Notes: generated by a model not told the origin, from the letters alone. Shown: positions 46,555 through 55,098, counted from the stretch's first letter. The stretch is DNA of 63,157 nt from Eubacteriales bacterium (GCA_045544735.1 JAZPZM010000172.1:1-63157); one strand, 5' to 3'. Numbers and translations: made by a program.

Positions 46555-47709
46555 ATGAAAGAACTGGTTTACGGCGATCTTGGTATTATCGGAATGCGCG
46601 GTTGCGAGCATTTCGTCGAGCAGGTTGACAATTACATAAGGAGAAGTCGCGGCACGGACAAGAGCTTCTTGGTTTCTGCCGAGTGTCCTCGTTTCGGTAG
46701 CGGAGAAGGCAAGGGTCTGCTCCATCAATCCGTTCGCGGACTTGACATCTTCATCATTTGCGACATTTTCAATTACGGTGTAACGTATAAGCTTCGCGGC
46801 GCGGAAATTCCTATGACGCCCGACGAGCATTACGCAGACCTTAAGAGAATAGTCGGTGCTATCGAGGGCAAGGCGAGAAGAATTTCGGTCATTATGCCCA
46901 TGCTCTACGAGGGCAGACAGCACAAGAGATCCATGCGCGAGTCGCTTGACTGCGCTATGATGCTCCGTGAGCTTGAGTTCTACGGCGTTAAGAACTTTAT
47001 CACCTTCGACGCTCACGACGACAGAGTTCAGAACGCTATCCCGCTTTCGGGCTTTGATAACTACCGCCCCACCTATCAGATGGTCAAGGCGCTCGTTCGC
47101 GAGGTTCCCGATATTGCGTTTGACAAGGATCAGCTTATGATCATTTCTCCCGACGAGGGCGCAATGGGCAGAAGCACGTATATCAGCTCCATTCTCGGAC
47201 TTGACGTCGGTATGTTCTACAAGCGCCGTGATTATTCCAGAGTGGTAAACGGCAGAAACCCCATCGTCGCTCACGAGTACCTCGGAAACGACCTTACGGG
47301 TAAGGACGCCATCATCATCGACGATATGATAGCATCGGGTGAGTCGCTCTTTGACGTTGCCCGCCAGATAAAGAAGAGGGGCGCAAAGAGAGTATTCAAC
47401 TTTGCAACCTTCGGACTTTTTACCAACGGACTTGAAAAGTTTGATCAGGCTTATGCTGACGGACTTATCGACAAGATATTCACCACCAACCTCGTTTACG
47501 GAGATCCCGAGCTTGCAAGCCGTCCCTGGCACGTAAGCGTAAATATGTGTAAGTACGTGTCCTACATCATCGACACGCTCAACCACGACGAGTCCATAAG
47601 CGTTCTTATTGACCCCGTCAAGAAGATCCACAACCTCGTTGATCGCCACAAGGCAGAGCTTGGCGGTCAGATGAGCATCGATTTCGGAGCTGACAAAAAG
47701 AACGTTTGA
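46555..47709 (+). CDS. prs: Ribose-phosphate pyrophosphokinase (long Clostridia-type Prs)
   Basis: PRPP-binding loop 'AIIIDDMIASGESL' and 'ITFDAHD'. Start at MKELVY (46555), downstream of a TTGCAT-17-TATAAT promoter. Confidence 0.85.
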   Translation: MKELVYGDLGIIGMRGCEHFVEQVDNYIRRSRGTDKSFLVSAECPRFGSGEGKGLLHQSVRGLDIFIICDIFNYGVTYKLRGAEIPMTPDEHYADLKRIVGAIEGKARRISVIMPMLYEGRQHKRSMRESLDCAMMLRELEFYGVKNFITFDAHDDRVQNAIPLSGFDNYRPTYQMVKALVREVPDIAFDKDQLMIISPDEGAMGRSTYISSILGLDVGMFYKRRDYSRVVNGRNPIVAHEYLGNDLTGKDAIIIDDMIASGESLFDVARQIKKRGAKRVFNFATFGLFTNGLEKFDQAYADGLIDKIFTTNLVYGDPELASRPWHVSVNMCKYVSYIIDTLNHDESISVLIDPVKKIHNLVDRHKAELGGQMSIDFGADKKNV

Positions 47710-47719
47710 TCAGAATAAT

Positions 47720-47751
47720 AAAAAGCAGAGAATTTTCATTCTCTGCTTTTT
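47720..47751. terminator. Bidirectional terminator between prs and the dockerin protein gene
   Basis: AAAAA-GCAGAGAAT-TTTC-ATTCTCTGC-TTTTT. Confidence 0.9.
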
Positions 47752-47758
47752 GTTGTTT

Positions 47759-49375
47759 TTAGGATTTTAACACGGCGACTGCGTAAAGCAAGTCGGAGGA
47801 GGTAGCCTCTCCGTCGCGGTTGAGGTCTGCTGCGCGTGCGGCTGATGTCTCAAATCCACCGACAAGACCTTCCGAAATGGCAAGCGCGTCTGCGCTGTCG
47901 ATAGCGCCGTCGCCGTTTACGTCACCGATTACGGCAACCGTAACGCTTGCCGTGCTTCCGTCTACGGCAGAGGTCACGATGCAGCCCGTGCTTACCGTGC
48001 CGCTTGTCAGCGCCGCGCCGCTTGCGGTGGTTACGGTGATCGTTTCATTCGGGAAAAGCGCCTTTATTGCGGCAACCGTGGAGAATGTGTCGAGCGTGAG
48101 GATATCGCTTTTTGCATCAAGCTCTGCACCGTCAAAATGCGTGGGCAAAGCCGCGATAGCGTGGGTGGGAATGGGAACGCTGACAGCCGTTTGTTTCGCG
48201 TTTGGTGTCGTTCCGTAGTAATAAATGATGTTATCAAGTATCATATCGAAGCCGTAGATATTTCCGCCGTTCAGCGCGGGCGTAAGCTCCGTGCGAACGT
48301 CGCCGTTTTCGATGCCGATGCTCATTATTGCGGTGGGGGTATTGAAGTACAGTCGGCTGTTGTAGAGCGCAAAGCCCGAAAGCGCGCCTAACCAAGAATA
48401 GCCCGGTTTGCTGAGATTCTTCCAGCTTTCGTTTATTTTATAGAAGGGTGTGTACGAAAAATCGGATATATCGTAAACGCCTATGGTTTTGTTGGTTTTA
48501 TCAATGCTGAACCACTCGTTTCCGTATTGGAGCATCGACATTTCGCTTTCTGCAAGCGTTGCATTGTAGTATTTAGTACCCGTCGCGCTTATTGCGGGAG
48601 CCCAGCTTGAGTGACCGCCGCCGTCTGCGGAGTTCAGCGCGGCAAGACGCTCGTCGCTCAGCAAAAAGTAGTCGTGTTCATTTATTCCGCCGCCGTAGGT
48701 GAGTGGGTCTGCCCACGTTACGTCAACGTGGTACCATTCGCCGTCGAGTTTTACCACATTCCAGCAATGGTGTTCAGACTCGTCAATTACCGTGTCACAT
48801 TCTACGCCGAGGTGCGTAAGCACTGCCTCGTACAATATCGAAAGTGCCTCGCAAACGCCCTCGCCGTAGAGGAGGAGCTCGTAGGTGCAGTCGATAACGT
48901 AGGTGTCATCGTAGGCAAATGAGGAGCACATCTTATCGTGTACGGCAAGCGCGCGCTCGTACTCGCTGTCATCGGGGGTTACGTTGCAGGAGCTGACGAA
49001 GGCGTTAAAAAGATTTACGTACTCCTCGCGCATTTCGGGAATGTCGTCAACGTCGTAGCGATATTCGAGAAGCACCCTCGTAACGTATCCTGTAGTGGAG
49101 CTTCGGTAGTATGACCAGCTCTGCGCAAGGAAAAAAAGCTCGTGATGCTCGTAAACGACAATCTCCATAGCGTCTGCAAGCTCCGTGGGAGTAAGTTTGT
49201 AGGCGCTTATATTTATATCTTCAGAGTAAGCGTCAACGGCTTCCGCTATATCGTCAGCGGCGGCGGCAATTCTGTCCTCTGCCGCGACGGCAGGGACGGA
49301 GAAAATGCAAATGGATGTAAGTAGTAACGCAAGCGCAATGAAGAAGTAAGCGACTCTTAAAAATCTTTTAATCAT
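47759..49375 (-). CDS. Secreted transglutaminase-like (Cys-His-Asp core) protein with C-terminal type I dockerin
   Basis: Signal/TM 'VAYFFIALALLLTSICIFSVPAVAA'. Core 'GEGVCEALS...EHHCWNVVKLDGEWYHVDVTWADP'. The C-terminal 'GDVNGDGAIDSADA...ADLNRDGEATSSDL' is two dockerin Ca-binding repeats. Confidence 0.85.
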   Translation of the reverse strand: MIKRFLRVAYFFIALALLLTSICIFSVPAVAAEDRIAAAADDIAEAVDAYSEDINISAYKLTPTELADAMEIVVYEHHELFFLAQSWSYYRSSTTGYVTRVLLEYRYDVDDIPEMREEYVNLFNAFVSSCNVTPDDSEYERALAVHDKMCSSFAYDDTYVIDCTYELLLYGEGVCEALSILYEAVLTHLGVECDTVIDESEHHCWNVVKLDGEWYHVDVTWADPLTYGGGINEHDYFLLSDERLAALNSADGGGHSSWAPAISATGTKYYNATLAESEMSMLQYGNEWFSIDKTNKTIGVYDISDFSYTPFYKINESWKNLSKPGYSWLGALSGFALYNSRLYFNTPTAIMSIGIENGDVRTELTPALNGGNIYGFDMILDNIIYYYGTTPNAKQTAVSVPIPTHAIAALPTHFDGAELDAKSDILTLDTFSTVAAIKALFPNETITVTTASGAALTSGTVSTGCIVTSAVDGSTASVTVAVIGDVNGDGAIDSADALAISEGLVGGFETSAARAADLNRDGEATSSDLLYAVAVLKS

Positions 49376-49548
49376 AATGTTTCTCCTTTATCGTTTTTGG
49401 AATACTCTACTGATTATATTTTAGCGCGTTTTTTTGAACTTGTCAATCAAAAAACGAAAAAAGTGTTATTTATATTATGCTTTGTGTTCACACTATATTC
49501 ACAAATATAGGTTATAATAAATTAAATATAATTGTAAACGGTGATAAA

Positions 49549-50715
49549 ATGAGTAAAAATACTTGTGAAATAAGAAAAAAGACCTCGATCGGCGGACAGG
49601 CGTTGCTTGAGGGTATAATGATGCGTGGGCCTAAAAAGACCTCGCTCGCAGTAAGAAATACCGACGGTGAGATCGTGGTGGAGACCAACGAAAACACCAT
49701 AACCAAAAGACCGCGCTTCTTCAAGTGGCCTATTTTTCGCGGCGTTTTCGGCTTTGCGGACTCGATGATATGCGGCTATAAGGCGCTTATGCGCTCCGCC
49801 GAGCTTTCGGGACTTGAGGATCTTCTTAACGAGGAGACCGAGGAGGAAAAGGCAAAGCGTGAAAAGAAGGAAGCCAAGAAGCGTGCAAAGCTCGCTAAAA
49901 AGGGAATAATTGTTGAGGAAGCCGCACCCGTAGAAGTTGTTGCCGAGGCGACCGCCACTGATGAAAGCCCTGCCGAGCCTCAAAGCAGTGAAGAACATAC
50001 CGAGGAAAACGCTGAAAAGGCGGAAAAACCCGCGAAGAAGGAGGAGAGCAGCGCGCTTATGACGGGAATTATGATAGTTTCCGTTATCCTTGGACTTGGA
50101 CTTGCGCTGGTGCTTTTCAAGGTCATTCCCGAAACGCTTTGGGAGGGACTTACGCGCCTTCTGCCCTCACTGAACGGCAGCGGCTACGTTTTCAACATCC
50201 TTCGCGGTGCGTTCACGGGAATTATAAAAATAGCCATTCTCGTCGGCTATATGGCGGCTGTTTCGCTTATGAAGGACATCAAGCGCACCTTTATGTATCA
50301 CGGCGCGGAGCATAAGACCATCTTCTGCTACGAGCAGGGGCTTGAGCTTACCGTGGAAAACGTGCGCAATCAGCGCCGCTTCCACCCCCGTTGCGGTACT
50401 TCTTTCCTAATTCTTATGCTGCTCGTTTCCATTTTCGTGTCAATATTCATTCCTGCAAAATTCGTTGATAACGGCGTTCTTAACGTAGTCATCCGCACGG
50501 GTATCGGACTTCTTACGCTCCCCGTTATTATGGGTATCGGTTATGAGCTTATCAAGTTTGCGGGCAGACACAATAATCTCTTTACGCGCGTTATTTCCGC
50601 CCCCGGCGTATGGCTTCAGCACATAACCACCAAGGAGCCGACCGACGATATGATAGAGTGCGCTATCGCCGCGATGAAGGAAGTTATCCCCAACGACGAC
50701 AGCGATGCGTGGTAA
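49549..50715 (+). CDS. DUF1385 (YqhQ-like) membrane protein with a low-complexity Lys/Glu-rich insertion
   Basis: 'GGQALLEGIMMRGP' and 'YHGAEHKTI...RFHPRCGTSF' are DUF1385 hallmarks. About 90 residues, 'EETEEEKAKREKKEAKKRAK...EKPAKKEESS', are inserted before the TM region. Confidence 0.85.
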   Translation: MSKNTCEIRKKTSIGGQALLEGIMMRGPKKTSLAVRNTDGEIVVETNENTITKRPRFFKWPIFRGVFGFADSMICGYKALMRSAELSGLEDLLNEETEEEKAKREKKEAKKRAKLAKKGIIVEEAAPVEVVAEATATDESPAEPQSSEEHTEENAEKAEKPAKKEESSALMTGIMIVSVILGLGLALVLFKVIPETLWEGLTRLLPSLNGSGYVFNILRGAFTGIIKIAILVGYMAAVSLMKDIKRTFMYHGAEHKTIFCYEQGLELTVENVRNQRRFHPRCGTSFLILMLLVSIFVSIFIPAKFVDNGVLNVVIRTGIGLLTLPVIMGIGYELIKFAGRHNNLFTRVISAPGVWLQHITTKEPTDDMIECAIAAMKEVIPNDDSDAW

Positions 50716-50720
50716 TAAAT

Positions 50721-50748
50721 AAAAAGGAGCGAAAGCTCCTTTTTATTT
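50721..50748 (+). terminator. Terminator after the DUF1385 gene
   Basis: AAAAAGGAGC-GAAA-GCTCCTTTTTATTTT. Confidence 0.8.
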
Positions 50749-50817
50749 TAGAAAAGTATTGAAAAAACACGAAAATTATGCTTTAATATATGTATATTGC
50801 TTTATAAGGGGTTCGTT

Positions 50818-52089
50818 ATGGCTAATAGATTGACTACAAAGCAACGGCTTTTATCGTTTTTCTGCTGCTTTGCATATTTTACAAGTTATATGACGAGGAT
50901 AAATTACGCCGCGGTGCGCCTTGCTATTGCGGACGAGCTCGTCCTTACGTTTCCCGAACTTGTGGCGGAGCTTGGAATCGCCATCTCCGCGACATCGGTG
51001 ACCTACGGACTCGGTCAGTTCGTCAGCGGCGTGCTTGGGGATAAATTAAAGCCCATTCCGCTCGTTTGTCTGGGACTTGGCGGAGCGTCGCTTTGCAATC
51101 TGCTTATGCCCCTGCTTTACCCCTCGGTATACGTTATGGCGCTCGTTTGGGGAATCAATGGATTTTTCCAAGCACTCATCCGCCCGCCGCTTGGCAGAAT
51201 TATTGCCGCCAATTACGACGAAAAGGGCTATATAGATACTTGTGTTGCGGTTTCCAACTCCTCGCAGGTCGCAACCGTTCTTACTTATCTCATCATTCCG
51301 CTTTGTCTGCGCTTGTTTGATAATGAGTGGCGGCTTGCCTTCTATCTGCCCGTTATTATGGGAGTTATCGCGCTTGGCTGTTGGATATTCCTCGTTCCGA
51401 GGCTGATGAGCGCAAGCGGTGAAGCTACCCCGAGTGAAAAAAAGGACACCGAGGTGCGCGAAAACGCCCCCGAGCCTCTACTGCGCATAATCTTCAAGTC
51501 GGGACTTTTCATCTTCATCCCCGCAGTTCTCATTCACGGTCTGCTTCGCGACGGTATTACCGCGTGGATGCCGGATTTTATATCCGAGGTCGGCGGACTC
51601 GGCACGGACGTTTCTATACTTACCACGGCTATTTTGCCCATTTTCTGCATAGTATGCGTGCTTATCGCAAAACGCATATGCTACGCGCTCCCCGCGGACG
51701 GTAAAAGCTCTGCCATACTCTTTGGAGTGTGCGCCGCCGCCGCGCTTATAATCATTCCGCTTTTGAGCTGTGTAAATACGCTTACGTTTATCGTTATCGT
51801 CGTGCTGATGGCGCTTATCACGGGCTGTATGCACGGTGCAAACCACATATTTATAACGAGGATACCCGGCGCGTTCAAAAAGGAAGGGCGCGTCAGCGGT
51901 GTCGTTGGTATTTTGAATGCTCTTACTTATATCGGCGGTGCGCTCTCGCCCTACGCCGTAGCTCTCGTGGCAGATGCGGGCGGCTGGGGAATGGCGGTAC
52001 TGCTTTGGGCGGTGCTTGCCATAGTCAGCGTGGTGCTTTGCCTTGTTGCGTCGGGCAAATGGAACGCCTTTAAGAAAAAGAACGCTTGA
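50818..52089 (+). CDS. MFS transporter
   Basis: 12 hydrophobic segments. 'GLGQFVSGVLGDKL' is an MFS loop 2-3-like motif. ATG 50818. Confidence 0.85.
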   Translation: MANRLTTKQRLLSFFCCFAYFTSYMTRINYAAVRLAIADELVLTFPELVAELGIAISATSVTYGLGQFVSGVLGDKLKPIPLVCLGLGGASLCNLLMPLLYPSVYVMALVWGINGFFQALIRPPLGRIIAANYDEKGYIDTCVAVSNSSQVATVLTYLIIPLCLRLFDNEWRLAFYLPVIMGVIALGCWIFLVPRLMSASGEATPSEKKDTEVRENAPEPLLRIIFKSGLFIFIPAVLIHGLLRDGITAWMPDFISEVGGLGTDVSILTTAILPIFCIVCVLIAKRICYALPADGKSSAILFGVCAAAALIIIPLLSCVNTLTFIVIVVLMALITGCMHGANHIFITRIPGAFKKEGRVSGVVGILNALTYIGGALSPYAVALVADAGGWGMAVLLWAVLAIVSVVLCLVASGKWNAFKKKNA

Positions 52090-52102
52090 TCTTGGAGTAA
52101 AA

Positions 52103-52684
52103 ATGCAAGCAAAGGACGCAAAAAGAATATTTTCAAAAATCCCCACTCTGACCACGCCGCGCCTTACGCTTCGCGCTATGCGCCCCGCTGATTCTTACGA
52201 TATGTTTGAGTATGCGCGCCGCGCCGACGTTACGAAGTATCTGACGTGGCAGCCGCATCCGAGCAGGGAATATACGCGCGACTACCTTGATCTTGTCGGC
52301 AGGTGCTACCGAAACGGCGAGTTTTTCGATTGGGCGGTAGTGTGGCGCGAGGGCTTCTTCTTTGAGAAAATGATAGGCACGTGCGGCTTTACAAGGTTTG
52401 ATTTTGCCAACAACTCTGCCGAGCTTGGCTACGTTATCAATCCCGAATACCGCGGACGCGGCATTGCGCCCGAGGCGCTAAAGCGCGTTATCGAGTTTGG
52501 CTTTTACGAGCTATCGCTCAATCGGCTTGAGGCGAAATACATCGTCGGAAACGATGCTTCGCGCAGAGTAATGGAAAAGGTCGGTATGCGATTTGAGGGC
52601 ATCAATCGCGGCTCGCTTTTGCTCCGCGGCGAGTATCGTGACGTGGGCGTTTGCTCGATTCTTGCGAGCGATTATGTAAAATAA
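52103..52684 (+). CDS. GNAT family N-acetyltransferase
   Basis: 'TPRLTLRAMRPADSYDMFEY', 'YRGRGIAPEALKRVIEFGF' and 'LNRLEAKYIVGNDASRRVMEKVGM' (RimL-like). Confidence 0.85.
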   Translation: MQAKDAKRIFSKIPTLTTPRLTLRAMRPADSYDMFEYARRADVTKYLTWQPHPSREYTRDYLDLVGRCYRNGEFFDWAVVWREGFFFEKMIGTCGFTRFDFANNSAELGYVINPEYRGRGIAPEALKRVIEFGFYELSLNRLEAKYIVGNDASRRVMEKVGMRFEGINRGSLLLRGEYRDVGVCSILASDYVK

Positions 52685-52697
52685 AAAAGGCAGTTGC
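52685..52697. repeat. Left arm of a split bidirectional terminator (AAAAGGCAGTTGC)
   Basis: Begins 1 nt after the GNAT stop. It is the perfect reverse complement of 53523-53535, 825 bp away. Confidence 0.75.
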
Positions 52698-52741
52698 GTT
52701 CTCTGTGCATTCTTAGCGGAGAAATGACAGGCACGAAATAT

Positions 52742-52775
52742 CGGCAGAGAACTTGTTTTCTCTGCCGATTTGTGA
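52742..52775 (+). terminator. Hairpin inside the left part of the TIR-bounded element
   Basis: CGGCAGAGAA-CTTGTT-TTCTCTGCCG followed by ATTTGTG. Confidence 0.5.
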
Positions 52776-52786
52776 TAAATTGTGGC

Positions 52787-52866
52787 CTCCCTTGTGCAAA
52801 GGGAGCCTTGGGATGCGCAAAACAATAGGGGTATGGGCTTTGCCCAAGCCTTTGTAATACAAAGGC
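52787..52866. repeat. Cluster of three short GC-rich hairpins/palindromes upstream of the DUF3592 gene
   Basis: CTCCCTT-GTGCA-AAGGGAG (52787-52805), GGGC-TTT-GCCC (52835-52845) and the 19-nt palindrome GCCTTTGTAATACAAAGGC (52848-52866). Confidence 0.6.
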
Positions 52867-52923
52867 GAAACTGGCGATAAAGCAGAACGATAAATAACAA
52901 ATTCGTTGAACGGAGGTAGTAAA

Positions 52924-53340
52924 GTGAAATCGGCAAAAATCGTCGGCATTGTTTTTGCTGTATGCGGTATTTTATTTGCAATCATCGGAACAGTTTCAGG
53001 TATTGTTCGCTTGATGGAAAAAGATGATTGTAAATATGCAACAGCTTACATTGTAAAAATCGATGAGAAAAAAACAGGAGATCCCGAATTTCCTATCGAA
53101 CATACAACATATGTTGAGTGTGATATAAACGGAAATCGAATTACAACTAAATTGAATACGTACAATTCAAGTTTCTATATTGGAAAAGAAATTGAAGTGT
53201 ACTACTTTGAAAACGATTTGCAGACGGTATATGAAAATGGGAGTGAAGCTCTTTTCATAGTTTATGCATTAGGTGGAGTGGTATTTGCGGCAATAGGGTT
53301 GCTGTTAATAATCAAAAATAAACATTCAATGCAAGAGTAA
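52924..53340 (+). CDS. DUF3592-like two-TM membrane protein (cassette passenger gene)
   Basis: N-terminal TM 'IVGIVFAVCGILFAIIG', a beta-rich middle and a C-terminal TM 'ALGGVVFAAIGLLLII'. GTG 52924 lies 6 nt after GGAGG; TTG 52906 is an alternative start. AT-rich relative to its flanks. Confidence 0.7.
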   Translation: MKSAKIVGIVFAVCGILFAIIGTVSGIVRLMEKDDCKYATAYIVKIDEKKTGDPEFPIEHTTYVECDINGNRITTKLNTYNSSFYIGKEIEVYYFENDLQTVYENGSEALFIVYALGGVVFAAIGLLLIIKNKHSMQE

Positions 53341-53363
53341 TATATGTTTCATACATAATAAGC

Positions 53364-53399
53364 GATCCCCGACAGATCTGTCGGGGATCTATTTGTTTT
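53364..53399 (+). terminator. Terminator of the DUF3592 gene
   Basis: GATCCCCGACA-GATC-TGTCGGGGATC followed by TATTTGTTTT. Confidence 0.85.
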
Positions 53400-53517
53400 C
53401 TGCGTATCAACTTTTGATTATCCGTAGGGGAGACCTGCGGTCTCCCGCGGGCGAACGCAGTTCGCCCCTACCGTGTGTTAGGTAAATATTTTGTGATTTC
53501 CCCGCTAATTTTGCACA
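53392..53517 (+). repeat. Conserved cassette right-end module, copy 2 (interrupted by a nested palindrome)
   Basis: TTTGTTTTCTGCGTAT (53392-53407) ... CCGCTAATTTTGCACA (53502-53517). The 48-nt palindromic unit 53424-53471 is absent from copy 1. Confidence 0.7.
53424..53471. repeat. REP-like nested palindrome (outer stem GTAGGGG/CCCCTAC enclosing two GC-rich hairpins)
   Basis: GTAGGGGAGACCTGCGGTCTCCCGCGGGCGAACGCAGTTCGCCCCTAC. The inner hairpins are GGAGACC-TGC-GGTCTCC and GGGCGAAC-GCA-GTTCGCCC. Confidence 0.7.
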
Positions 53518-53522
53518 CCCTT

Positions 53523-53535
53523 GCAACTGCCTTTT
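53523..53535. repeat. Right arm of a split bidirectional terminator (GCAACTGCCTTTT)
   Basis: Lies 12 nt from the stop of the convergent permease gene. It is the perfect reverse complement of 52685-52697. Confidence 0.75.
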
Positions 53536-53547
53536 GGTTTTGTGAAA

Positions 53548-54912
53548 TTACTCTGCGTCGTCCTTCTTGGCAGAAACCACGAGGTTTACGATAATGCCGA
53601 TGATAAGTGCGCAAGCAACTGCGGTAAGAGTTACCTTGCCGAAGGTAAGGCTGAGTCCGCCAACGCCCGCGATGAGAATGGAGGAAGCAACGAAGAGGTT
53701 CTTGTTCTCATTGAAGTCGATACCCTGAATCATCTTGATACCCGAAATGGAGATGAATCCGTAAAGCGCCATACAAACGCCGCCCATTACGCAAGAGGGA
53801 ATGGAGTTTACGAATGCAACGAAGGGAGAGATGAAGGATATTGCAATAGCACCGATAGCGGCGGCGATAATGGTGTAAACGGAAGCGTTTTTGGTAATTG
53901 CCACGCAACCGACCGACTCGCCGTAGGTGGTGTTGGGGCAACCGCCGAAGAATGCGCCCGCGAGCGAGCCGATACCGTCACCGAGAAGAGTGCGGGAAAG
54001 TCCAGGGTCCTCAAGAAGATCGCTCTCAATGATGGAGGAGAGGTTCTTGTGGTCTGCAATATGCTCCGCAAATACTACGAATGCAACGGGAACGTAAGCG
54101 ACTACGACGGTAAGGACGTATGAGCCCGAAAGCTCGCCAAACGCGCCGAATGCGGTAAGGAAGGTAAAGTCGGGAACGGCGAGGAAGGATGAGAGGGAAA
54201 CTCCGTCGGCAAAAAGAGCCTTGAGCGCGGAGTAGTCAACTACCTTCAGAGCGTCGATGCCTGCGAGGTTACCGATAACGGTAAGGACGGAGGAGAACGC
54301 ATATCCCGCGAGGATTCCGTAAACGAAGGGGAAGAGCTTGCCCGACTTCTTGCCGTATACCGAAGCGATAACGATGGTAAGAAGCGTAACGAGACCGCAG
54401 AGAACTGCGATGGGGGCGGAAGCGACGGAAAGGTTGTTCACCTTAAGACCGCCGGAGGTCATATCGCCAACAGCGTTACCCGCAAGGGAAAGACCGATGA
54501 TGGCAACGGTAGGGCCGATAACGATGGGTGGCATCAGCTTGTTTATCCAGTTAACACCCGCAACCTTAACGACGGCGGCAATGATAACGTACACCAGACC
54601 CGCGCAAGCCGCACCGATGATGATTCCGAGGTATCCGAGAGATACGCTGGCAGCACCCGCAAACGCCGCACCCATCGAGCCGATGAATGCAAAGGACGAG
54701 CCGAGGAAAACGGGGCTCTTTTTCTTAGTGAAAAGGATGTAAACGAGAGTACCGACACCTGCACCGAAAAGGGCAGCGGCAGAGCTCATTCCATGACCGA
54801 CGATAACGGGAACGACGAGCGTTGCCGCCATGATGGCAAGGAGCTGCTGGATTGCAAAAACGACGAGCTTACCCGCGGTAGGTCTGTCGTTTACGTTGTA
54901 GACGAGCTTCAT
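53548..54912 (-). CDS. NCS2-family nucleobase (uracil/xanthine) permease
   Basis: 'FAIQQLLAIMAATLVVP', 'GSSFAFI' and 'TTYGESVGCVAITK' (the NCS2 'ENxG' region). Start at MKLVYN (54912). Confidence 0.9.
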   Translation of the reverse strand: MKLVYNVNDRPTAGKLVVFAIQQLLAIMAATLVVPVIVGHGMSSAAALFGAGVGTLVYILFTKKKSPVFLGSSFAFIGSMGAAFAGAASVSLGYLGIIIGAACAGLVYVIIAAVVKVAGVNWINKLMPPIVIGPTVAIIGLSLAGNAVGDMTSGGLKVNNLSVASAPIAVLCGLVTLLTIVIASVYGKKSGKLFPFVYGILAGYAFSSVLTVIGNLAGIDALKVVDYSALKALFADGVSLSSFLAVPDFTFLTAFGAFGELSGSYVLTVVVAYVPVAFVVFAEHIADHKNLSSIIESDLLEDPGLSRTLLGDGIGSLAGAFFGGCPNTTYGESVGCVAITKNASVYTIIAAAIGAIAISFISPFVAFVNSIPSCVMGGVCMALYGFISISGIKMIQGIDFNENKNLFVASSILIAGVGGLSLTFGKVTLTAVACALIIGIIVNLVVSAKKDDAE

Positions 54913-55098
54913 AAAAAATTCCTCCTGTGAAGTTTTTTGCAATTTGTTGCTAACTAATCATAACACAAATAAGTCGAATTGTAAATACTTTTGTAACAAT
55001 TTGCCCTATTTAATTTCATAAAAATCCACCTTGCTTTTATACCTTTATTATGTTATAATACAGCTTGTAATATTAAATCACGCGGAGGAATAACGCTG

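Larger units (their letters stand above)
52704..53517. mobile_element. 814-bp non-autonomous element with 26-bp imperfect terminal inverted repeats, carrying a DUF3592 gene
   Basis: IRL 52704-52729 (TGTGCATTCTTAGCGGAGAAATGACA) against the reverse complement of IRR 53492-53517 (TGTGCAAAATTAGCGGGGAAATCACA) gives 21/26 matches. It is inserted between the two arms of a 13-nt perfect inverted repeat (52685-52697 / 53523-53535). Confidence 0.5.

Noticed and set aside
52511-52985. Minus-strand ORFs of 156 aa and 90 aa across the GNAT end and the cassette left part
   Set aside because: They overlap the well-supported GNAT gene in antisense and run through palindromic REP-like DNA (for example '...RLPLHKGGHN...', translated from hairpin sequence). 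They have no SD and no family resemblance.
53392-53517. Right-end modules as integron attC sites (a GTTAGGT at 53476-53482 resembles an R' core)
   Set aside because: There is no matching R'' (RYYYAAC) partner at the proper position and no intI gene. The two modules do not fold into the bulged attC hairpin by eye. The boundaries are better explained by terminal inverted repeats.
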